Shown piece after piece: positions 27,401 through 32,366 of a stretch of DNA of 64,000 bases. Origin of the DNA: Phoronis australis. Taxonomy: Eukaryota > Animalia > Phoronida. Positions within the stretch are counted from its first letter, which is position 1. Each line of letters opens with the position of its first letter. A model generated the notes under the pieces. That model was not told the origin of the DNA and ran no database searches. It saw nothing but the letters and a program-made list of their open reading frames with translations. A program made the translations under genes and the position numbers. The stretch covers positions 1,586,485-1,650,484 of the forward strand of contig NMRA01000022.1 in NCBI GenBank assembly GCA_002633005.1, in the 5' to 3' direction.

Positions 27401-30206
27401 CTTATTCACCATTCACATTTAGTAATACAACCATTACATTAAGCTCAATACTAGAATCAGTTCCCTGAGTCTTGTGTTCCGTAAATGCAAAAACTTGCGA
27501 AAATGTAAGATCACGCAAGTTATTACGAGATATCTCCAAGCATAACAATCGCAGAATTTGATCACACCAAGCTTTAATCGTGAAACTAGTTTGTTTAATG
27601 AACGCAGCTGTGGACCATCAAATTTTACTAAAAATTGACCAAACGGAGTGCTAACTTTAAAGTAAACTTTGATTATCACAATGTGATTGGACAACTTTCG
27701 AGTCAAATTGCCAGTAAAATCTGTTCATCTCAGGCCATGGAGATAATTCACTTTGAAAAGAGTTAACCAATTGTTCATAACGTCAAACTGATGTCATGTA
27801 CCTCAGGGTTCATCTGTGGTCGGTACTGCTTGTGCAACTCAATGATGATACGTAAGCAGACGAGAACATTTTCTTCATTATCCGTCTGCAACAACTTGAA
27901 CATAAGATTGAGCACCTGCTTCACATACGGCTTCAAATGATCATTGGTCGGGATACGGTGGATGATCTCGAGCAGCAGCTTGCGCAGTTGCTGAAAATTC
28001 ACATATTACAGTAAAATGTAAAGTACATAACATTCTCATTTTTATAGTCTCTGCTCACACCTGTGAAGTAAAGTCCTTAATATGAACAAGTGCTGCACAA
28101 TAATTTGAAAAGTTCTGAGCTGAGTTTGAAAGACTTGCTGAGCTTTTTCTGCTTTGCAAGACAAAAATATAACTGTGTAACATACTGGTACATATTTTAT
28201 GATTTTGACAGTCCTAATACTTCAACCAATAGAATACCTTGAACACGATATAAAGAGTGTTCATGAGTAACTTATACGTCTCTGTTTTTAACAACCAACA
28301 CGAAAAACCAGTGTAACTAAATGCCCAAATATTATTTGTTAAGGCCTAGAACCAGCTGGAACACAAAATGTGTTCTCTACAAACAGAAATAAGACTTGAC
28401 AAGACATACTTGAACAGTCTGCTCTGAGATAAATACAGGGTCACCGTCTTGGAGAATTTTAATGAATGAGCGCATCAACTCCTGCAGGAACTGTGGGTAT
28501 TGTGGGGAGGAAACAACAGTCTGAAATGGATAACATAGAGGTGGTACACAGAAGGACGTTAATGGATAACATAGAGGTGCACAGGACATTCAAGGATAAT
28601 TCTATCAAAATGAGTACTTTCTGTTTTACACCATTATACTTTTGTCTTTAAAAACATTAGAAGGATACAATTTGTACAAAAATCTAAAACTTTGGCAGAA
28701 AACTGTCTATTTTTCATAAAACAAAAACCTTTAAACTGGCTATGGTCACATTTTACACTGTTTAAGTGCGTAAATTGTGACTAAAACCAAAATAGCATAA
28801 TCTAGGTATACACACAAAAAGAAACGAAAAATGCTTCCCATGCCAAATGATGTTGTATGGATTTCGCAAGCTATTGTCTGTTCAACTTACGAGATCCATA
28901 CGACGGGCGTAAGCGCATCACATGGTTACTGCCTATGATACACTACCATTGTTTTCCTTTGTTGCGTCTTTGTTGGATATAACAATACAGGTAGCACGGA
29001 TATCGTACCTTGGGCGACCATCAGCGGGTTACCGATAAATGCTTACCATTATCTTTATTATAAGAAAGAAAAACAAAGTGAACAATAGATTACGCCTATC
29101 TACCGATATCTATGCCACGAGCTTGCACCCTAGTTTCCCGTGGGTTCAGACTTGTAACGTATGTATGACAAATGAGTTACTAATTGGATAATTGAAAGCA
29201 ATGAACTATCTTCCAGAACAAACATAACTCATTACCTCAAAGTTCTCACTAAGCTCTTGAGCAGCCTTCTGCTTCTTCTCCACAACTGTAATTGAGTATA
29301 ACACAAATGTTGAATGAACCAGTCAATCTGATTCAGTGAATGGATAAGTCAAATTCATCAAGCTATATTGTAATGATAGTGGAGTAGTCAGATCTTATCA
29401 GCTAGAAAGTCATGGAGACCTGCAGCTCAACTCAGTCAGAGGAGCACAGACCCTCTGGTGTATCCACAGTTAACATCACTCTACCCACAAGATGCTTTCT
29501 AATGTACACTGGCATGAAAAATCCTGAACACAAAAACGGCTGATAATTTAGACAAACTGCAACCAGGGTTTAAAATGCTTTGACCTGTATATGATAAAGC
29601 GTGGGAATTTTGTTTTAGGAGGAATAATCATGAAAAACAAATAATTAGCTTTACATGAAATGAGTAACTTTGTTAAAGGGCTCTAAGACAGATTACAGCA
29701 ATAGGGGTCTCTCAAGGTAATCAAGGCAGAAAGACAAGTATTTCAGCCAATGCTACCTTTAACTACCTTTACTGTAGGTACATAATGTTGCCAAGGGATT
29801 ATCCAAATTGTTATACAAGCTAATAATAAGCTATGAAGCATGATCTAGTTATCAGAAACCTTCAGTGGTTACAGCCAGCTCTTTGCTTGACAACCAAGAC
29901 CTCAACATGTGATCTGTATCTGATCTCAAAGTTTTTGCACCTTAAAAGTGAATGAATGTTTTCTTATCCTTTGACTACAAATAGACATGCAGACCCCTAA
30001 ATTTAAACTTTTAGCAAAAGGGGTGTTCACATTTTCTCTAATAGAAAAACAGAAGAAAACTTTGCATTTAAAGCACTAATCAGAAATGCACTCATCCAGT
30101 CAATGTGATACATACTACCAGGTGAAGGATCAGCAATCAAGGCCACGTAGGACTTGAACGTCTGCAGTTGAGTCGCCACATCCTGCGGACTCATAGGTGG
30201 CGCCAT
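317..30206 (-). CDS. TRRAP: TRRAP (transformation/transcription domain-associated protein, Tra1 orthologue); N-terminal HEAT-repeat half, multi-exon, continues beyond the left edge of the window
   Basis: 46 GT-AG exons join in frame except across the N gap. Peptides are diagnostic of TRRAP/Tra1, e.g. [133 protein letters not shown]. Confidence 0.97.
712..813 (-). CDS. TRRAP: TRRAP exon
   Basis: ag|ATIEHRKLAVDLAEILINWEVQRIKDDAESSMSE|gtacgt. Confidence 0.92.
833..1140 (+). mobile_element. Penelope-like retroelement 3' remnant (GIY-YIG endonuclease C-terminus plus 3' region)
   Basis: 833-955 translates IIILEFNSEELKIRDALHISWCEPNLNRQLAHHRLSLLV*, matching the LKIxEALxIxxxxPxLNxQ tail of PLE GIY-YIG domains. 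A hammerhead-like motif follows. Confidence 0.75.
1035..1085 (+). ncRNA. Degenerate minimal hammerhead ribozyme (Penelope-associated)
   Basis: CTT-CTGATGA-T-GGTGT..ACACC-AAAAC-ATGTC-AAG: core, stem II, palindromic ACATGT stem III and GUC site are present. The conserved GAAA reads AAAA. Confidence 0.65.
1722..1821 (-). CDS. TRRAP: TRRAP exon
   Basis: QLIVRHQKVYYPVRHHLIQHIVNSIQRLGFTPN|gtaagt. Confidence 0.95.
1845..1916 (+). repeat. (AAC)n-type trinucleotide microsatellite, imperfect
   Basis: aacaacaacagcagcaacagtaacagcaacaccaacaac... in a TRRAP intron. Confidence 0.9.
2222..2295 (-). CDS. TRRAP: TRRAP exon
   Basis: GMLTHWTKKIIVEEGHTVVQLVHI|gtaagt. Confidence 0.93.
2597..2704 (-). CDS. TRRAP: TRRAP exon
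   Basis: VFYSLLKAHAVEARSVVRQALEILTPAMPGRMEDGN|gtaagt. Confidence 0.95.
3031..3140 (-). repeat. Four ~30-bp tandem units, each containing a copy of the adjacent splice donor
   Basis: ctacct(g/a)ta at 3042, 3072, 3101 and 3131 (TA(C/T)AG|GTAGG on the minus strand). Confidence 0.8.
3135..3288 (-). CDS. TRRAP: TRRAP exon
   Basis: KQGNKLRRLLTFAWPCLLAKNCVDPATKYHGHLLLSHIIAKFAIHKRIVLQ|gt. Confidence 0.95.
3555..3802 (-). CDS. TRRAP: TRRAP exon
   Basis: ILQCILIPCFQVSFERGEGERVIGGPPAP...AHIHDAAN|gt. Confidence 0.95.
4143..4232 (-). CDS. TRRAP: TRRAP exon
   Basis: TYSVEWKRKSFFKFVEIFHDQSKSQELKAK|gtatgg. Confidence 0.93.
4584..4695 (-). CDS. TRRAP: TRRAP exon
   Basis: HQPNDIDLLFQMLRCFTCRFIPQFQFVKEFLDNTVAQ|gt. 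Confidence 0.93.
4948..5015 (-). CDS. TRRAP: TRRAP exon
   Basis: ag|YSADFAHWKEPKLLMKCLLNYF|gttagt. Confidence 0.92.
4993..5150 (-). repeat. 60-bp tandem triplication spanning a TRRAP splice acceptor
   Basis: agtgggcaaagtctgc(g/a)ctgtactgaaaggagaaa at 4994, 5054 and 5114. Confidence 0.92.
5566..5754 (-). CDS. TRRAP: TRRAP exon
   Basis: GQGVRPASPGSAMFKSELQFLSIEIIAVLAKFEPTWL...FKEKHKKI|gtaagt. Confidence 0.9.
6197..6289 (-). CDS. TRRAP: TRRAP exon
   Basis: FLLKHELGKPFRDVLQNNPSRLVPMTYGQLQ|gtgagt. Confidence 0.9.
6616..6735 (-). CDS. TRRAP: TRRAP exon
   Basis: AGSPFRLPLLKFLVNYPVHTIDMFLCDYNIKDQHWNRTLV|gtcagt. Confidence 0.9.
7095..7214 (-). CDS. TRRAP: TRRAP exon
   Basis: ELKTCAAIINIFHLIPAASQNMAEPLTTLTLKGEKSLLIE|gt. 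Confidence 0.92.
7285..7445. repeat. Degenerate ~30-bp tandem minisatellite
   Basis: About five copies of gaatatttcagcc...cac(a/c)tgta. Confidence 0.65.
7951..8022 (-). CDS. TRRAP: TRRAP exon
   Basis: AHLKKWMDAAVIAQKGGQQKVTGQ|gtgact. Confidence 0.85.
8426..8596 (-). CDS. TRRAP: TRRAP exon
   Basis: FISGFQIDMEQVHTAMRPLLLMLGDYRTL...FNEKLCEQLL|gt. Confidence 0.95.
8987..9108 (-). CDS. TRRAP: TRRAP exon
   Basis: ALAACHYIPQCREKIFSVLYKNLNANNSELQEAAHECMKK|gt. Confidence 0.93.
9310..9580 (+). mobile_element. Old dispersed repeat (MITE-like); related copies at ~12545-12790, ~33735-34050 and inverted at ~46180-46550
   Basis: Shared blocks such as gtcgaaattg..caac..gcaagtc and aacaa(c/t)tagtgg..aggtacaataat, plus termini resembling tacagt(t)agttttcaaa / tttgaaa(a)cta(c/t)t. 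Confidence 0.55.
9605..9786. repeat. Degenerate cacacagcagtact tandem array next to a TRRAP donor
   Basis: About 10 imperfect 15-16-bp units. Confidence 0.75.
9796..9892 (-). CDS. TRRAP: TRRAP exon
   Basis: LLSLCEAEDSVLLKLPCYKSVTNLVPLRKSGL|gtaagt. Confidence 0.93.
10182..10268 (-). CDS. TRRAP: TRRAP exon
   Basis: DGNTFCTTLQPRLFTIDLTIVEHKVFFTE|gt. Confidence 0.94.
10535..10684 (-). CDS. TRRAP: TRRAP exon
   Basis: AMHSLEVVAKTTGKTITEIMEPHRDVLQDMIPPKKHLLRHQPANAQIGLM|gtaagt. Confidence 0.95.
11419..11598 (-). CDS. TRRAP: TRRAP exon
   Basis: VSSGAVDMAKVNLEVMLTMCA...ELVRQVTSTNTLVREQ|gt. Confidence 0.95.
11805..11916 (-). CDS. TRRAP: TRRAP exon
   Basis: CIAIKFLFERMSLLWVLDHQFLFLKALLFVMMDLTGE|gt. 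Confidence 0.95.
12110..12195 (-). CDS. TRRAP: TRRAP exon
   Basis: ASQLPMFEYLVDRMCSLCYERAWYAKLG|gtaaga. Confidence 0.95.
12305..12483 (-). CDS. TRRAP: TRRAP exon
   Basis: PFPVLGDKQSKLHGMDTNVLIDALATIMGHEEKELCKPG...GDKER|gtgagt. Confidence 0.95.
13149..13244 (-). CDS. TRRAP: TRRAP exon
   Basis: AAAIKELRPHVLPYMASMVKHFTMVAIAQQC|gtgagt. Confidence 0.93.
13640..13740 (-). CDS. TRRAP: TRRAP exon
   Basis: FFHGEIPCSNSVQYKTQDQHARKVQEQALTGMF|gtaagt. Confidence 0.9.
13916..14067 (-). CDS. TRRAP: TRRAP exon
   Basis: AIEHALNLLKSSSTESYFRKQSWEVIKCYLV...LFTHS|gt. Confidence 0.93.
14277..14366 (-). CDS. TRRAP: TRRAP exon
   Basis: LTYNEKESVGPCVSLHFQDCKMPIQFPVEK|gt. Confidence 0.92.
14831..15031 (-). CDS. 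TRRAP: TRRAP exon
   Basis: [33 protein letters not shown]...GGGNRKMLREPQK|gt. Confidence 0.96.
15472..15638 (-). CDS. TRRAP: TRRAP exon
   Basis: [55 protein letters not shown]|gt. Confidence 0.96.
16006..16266 (-). CDS. TRRAP: TRRAP exon
   Basis: [22 protein letters not shown]...[11 protein letters not shown]|gt. Confidence 0.96.
16568..16720. repeat. 27-bp tandem repeat derived from donor-proximal intron sequence
   Basis: gtgacccacactacctatga(g/c)tgtact, about 5 copies, next to the donor at 16723. Confidence 0.85.
16724..16913 (-). CDS. TRRAP: TRRAP exon
   Basis: FTMMNALTFKEIFSTTVDYMVERIHNNYALQIVANSFLAN...LEEMG|gtaagt. Confidence 0.96.
17126..17183 (-). CDS. TRRAP: TRRAP exon
   Basis: VQNVRTKEEKEVLEHFAGV|gtaagt. 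Confidence 0.93.
17641..17782 (-). CDS. TRRAP: TRRAP exon
   Basis: ATLVQNKQFHPKETLVFVRLVKYALKALDIFTINITTSGQTYVRPA|gtgagt. Confidence 0.93.
18226..18331 (-). CDS. TRRAP: TRRAP exon
   Basis: AGTYSVADCRSLVRTLVCGVKTITWGTATCKSPNG|gtgagt. Confidence 0.94.
19078..19234 (-). CDS. TRRAP: TRRAP exon (low-complexity Pro/Ser/Thr insertion)
   Basis: KPHDSKSDSKSVDLPAKEEPKTPSVSTPSLAPPTPTTSAPSNSVNVDKIEDK|gt; phases match the neighbouring exons. Confidence 0.85.
19771..20053. repeat. 15-bp minisatellite (gtaagtcacattact)n
   Basis: About 15 near-identical contiguous copies plus 2 upstream copies; source of the spurious (VTYSN)n ORF. Confidence 0.97.
20643..20734 (-). CDS. TRRAP: TRRAP exon
   Basis: GRQLLMRMLEVFVLKFKVIAKHQLPVILTK|gt. 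Confidence 0.94.
20965..21240 (+). mobile_element. Fragment of a non-autonomous interspersed repeat
   Basis: Contains gaccttgaaaatgaggtcaaggtcaccaaaatc, a motif typical of abundant mollusc-type non-autonomous elements. Confidence 0.45.
21427..21631 (-). CDS. TRRAP: TRRAP exon
   Basis: PLAYSTLADLVHHVR...IQTMSCKLLLNLVECISQRSEQDNGN|gtaagt. Confidence 0.95.
21900..21978 (-). CDS. TRRAP: TRRAP exon
   Basis: FAPHIERLFDENTLIGSGWTTYESL|gtaagt. Confidence 0.94.
22941..23079 (-). CDS. TRRAP: TRRAP exon
   Basis: EQVNQHSQQLVKGMLGLLSLCPQEVAHLRKELLIAARHIFPTELRN|gtaagc. Confidence 0.95.
23457..23553 (-). CDS. TRRAP: TRRAP exon
   Basis: QSPSFNKEVFVDFIATQIKTLSFLAYIIKIYQ|gtgagt. Confidence 0.95.
24461..25819 (+). 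mobile_element. Non-autonomous element with internal ~450-bp tandem repeats (Pearl/HINE-like), running into the assembly gap
   Basis: Head AACAAGAGCAAC...GTTGAAATGCGCCCA shared with 49586 and 49757. Equivalent positions recur at 24691, 25140 and 25591 (period about 450). Confidence 0.75.
25820..26453. other. Assembly gap (634 N)
   Basis: Run of N. Confidence 1.
26737..26840 (+). repeat. Dispersed repeat fragment; second copy at ~35858-35960
   Basis: gtaaccttccctcatgac..agaatgaa..gaa.t and taattagaa are shared by both loci. Confidence 0.7.
26968..27162 (-). CDS. TRRAP: TRRAP exon
   Basis: IQSFLQFVKSIYKDLPNHVSKIFEPR...NNDGQPIT|gttagt. Confidence 0.93.
27802..27990 (-). CDS. TRRAP: TRRAP exon
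   Basis: [25 protein letters not shown]...DNEENVLVCLRIIIELHKQYRPQMNPE|gt. Confidence 0.96.
28410..28520 (-). CDS. TRRAP: TRRAP exon
   Basis: TVVSSPQYPQFLQELMRSFIKILQDGDPVFISEQTVQ|gtatgt. Confidence 0.94.
29236..29285 (-). CDS. TRRAP: TRRAP exon
   Basis: ag|(V/I)VEKKQKAAQELSENFE|gtaat. Confidence 0.92.
29382..29486 (-). ncRNA. SCARNA28: Intronic box C/D guide RNA predicted to methylate U2 snRNA U47 (SCARNA28/mgU2-47-like)
   Basis: Terminal stem GGGTAG/CTACTC; C box GTGATGT (29479-29473); putative D' CAGA; internal hairpin; putative C' CCATGAC; guide AGCTGATAAGA (29403-29393) pairing with U2 nt 44-54; D box CTGA (29391-29388). The D+5 position pairs with U47. Confidence 0.8.
30119..30206 (-). 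CDS. TRRAP: TRRAP first coding exon (exon begins 30228)
   Basis: ATG at 30206: MAPPMSPQDVATQLQTFKSYVALIADPSP; acceptor ttcag|30228; exon ends at 30119, or 30116 with the alternative donor. Confidence 0.85.
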
Positions 30207-30914
30207 ATTCAGTTGTTTACACTTTAACCTGAATCAAAAGAGAATGATACAAATCTAAAGAAGATAGCTTCCCAACACTTATTTGTAAAAATTAGATTTT
30301 GGTCGCTCTTTTTTCAAAAAATGTGAGTGAACAAAAAAGTCACATTATTTTGCTGATAAGCAAGGAAAAATGGTAAAAATGTAGCTAAGTAACGAGGCCC
30401 TCATCAAAATGGCTGCCCAGGACTTGTTTGTTTTCACTGAGTACCATTGTTCAGTAAAAACTGGGTCCCAACAGCCATTTTCAAGAAGGACCCGTTTCCT
30501 TGACTATTAATAATACTTGAAGCATGCGTTAGCCAGAGAGCACCTACTTTACAAATTCATCAGAAAACCTGGGATGCATTAGATATCTGCAAAACACTGT
30601 TGCTACATATATTCGCTCACATAACAGAAAACATGGTAGTGTACGCATGCAAGCTCCAAGTACATGTGATTCCGCATGATCTTGTAAAACTTGCTCAAAA
30701 GACAAAACTCAGAAACTTAGTCTTAGAAGTTAGAATTAGCACTCAGCTTTTATCTTGGAAATATTAATACAATATGACTGCTATATCCGACGCAGGGCCA
30801 ACGGATCTTCAAAAATGTGTAATATTCAATGAAATATGATGGAAAATGTGCCAAATGTCCGATATTTCGATGGCTTGACTGTAGCTTATATAAAACTTAT
30901 TTCCCCGACCGCGA

Positions 30915-30924
30915 CCGCCATTTT
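30915..30924 (-). promoter_or_regulatory. YY1-like motif AAAATGGCGG in TRRAP intron 1
   Basis: ccgccatttt on the + strand, close to the inferred TRRAP start; motif match only. Confidence 0.35.
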
Positions 30925-31198
30925 TCATTGTGTGAATTACCACGGCACAGGTAATTTTGTAGATTAAGTTATACATAATATCCCACAGTTGTGCAACACT
31001 GGTGCATCTTTGTGGAATCCCAAAGCAATTTGGAATAATTTGGCATAACGAATTAGTGCATACCAACCGACAACTCTGTAATTTGAAGCATTATTTTGAA
31101 CCACGTCTTCCTCGCTACCAAAATGGATATTCCTCAAATCTGGGGACTTGGAACTTTGGGGGAAATTTTCATACGGGCACTTAATGGTGTTTTCTTAC

Positions 31199-31750
31199 CT
31201 CCCGGCATAAAGATAGATGGTCTCGTTTATCTGGTTCCGGTTCGAATGTGGACGCACTAGTTGTTGTTGCTACGATAATTATCTAAAATAATGTCTCAAA
31301 AGTATGTTAAACGTTGATAATGTCTTGTAGGTGATCTTTTAATTCACATAACCTTTAAGAAGCAGTTGCATTTGTTCACCGTGTTGTGTATTCGGCGTCC
31401 ACAGACATGACTGAGGCAATAGAAATTCAGCCCGAGGGCCCAAGCGGGCATGACCATGGGGTAGTGTTGTTGCTGCAGTAGCGCCAGAAAATGTCATTGT
31501 CTCTATCATGAGGGACTGGAGGGTTCTTCCGTGAAATGTTTAAATGTGAACATCGAACTTTAACCGGCATTTATCGTACCCAAGAAGTATGGTTTGAAAG
31601 TAGCCTTGGCTTGGTGCAAAGCTGTATTTATACTACAGCTTTGCACCATGCGGGTTAAAAACTGGCCAAATAAAATCGGACTCAAAATTAGTGTCATTAA
31701 AAACTAGACTTCACCGTGAGTACATGAAATGATTTACTTATGTTAGAAAA
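31199..31750. promoter_or_regulatory. Probable bidirectional promoter and non-coding first exons of TRRAP (-) and RPP25L (+)
   Basis: Minus-strand donor GAG|gtaaga at 31199/31198. Plus-strand donors AA|gtatgg at 31586 and AA|gtaagc at 31750. Locally CpG-richer; the two genes diverge from here. Confidence 0.55.
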
Positions 31751-32220
31751 GTAAGCATTCTACCGTTATTGTGCTGCTAACGTTGTGGAGCGATCCTATG
31801 TATCGATGTCTTTCGGTGCCATGAAATATAGCATCGCCTATTGGACAGTTTCTTTTTCGTTAATTCTTCAATCTACTGTTCTTCTTCCAAAAGGTTGTGT
31901 CATTGTCACAGAAACCATCGCTACTGGTTTCACGTCGTTACAAGTTTCAATTCCAGCAAACCGAATTTCAGAACAAATTTTGCTTGGCTGCTGCTAAATG
32001 CATTGATTGTAATTTTTTTATGCTTTGAACTGCTTGAACACAAATTTTAAATGTTTCAATGATATGTTTGGATGGTCGCACAGTTTCCTAGGCTGTGGTG
32101 TCCTTGGACACATGATTTTGTTGACCAAATTTGGAAGGTGTGTATTATAGCCAACAATGAGTGTGTTGGCCACACTGCCTCCTCTCCGTACTTGGAGCAT
32201 TGACCATGGTTATATTTCAG

Positions 32221-32366
32221 TGGACCACTATACTAAAGGTGAAGTGAAAGAACTTGAAGATGCTGAGCCACCTTTCCCTTTCATGAGTGAAAAGGTCGTT
32301 CACATGAAGGTCAACTCGGGAAGTAAAATAAGGAATCTCATGGGATTTGCTGTTAAAAAGATGAAG
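32221..32366 (+). CDS. RPP25L: RPP25L exon
   Basis: ttcag|TG GAC CAC TAT ... ATG AAG|gttaat. Confidence 0.9.
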
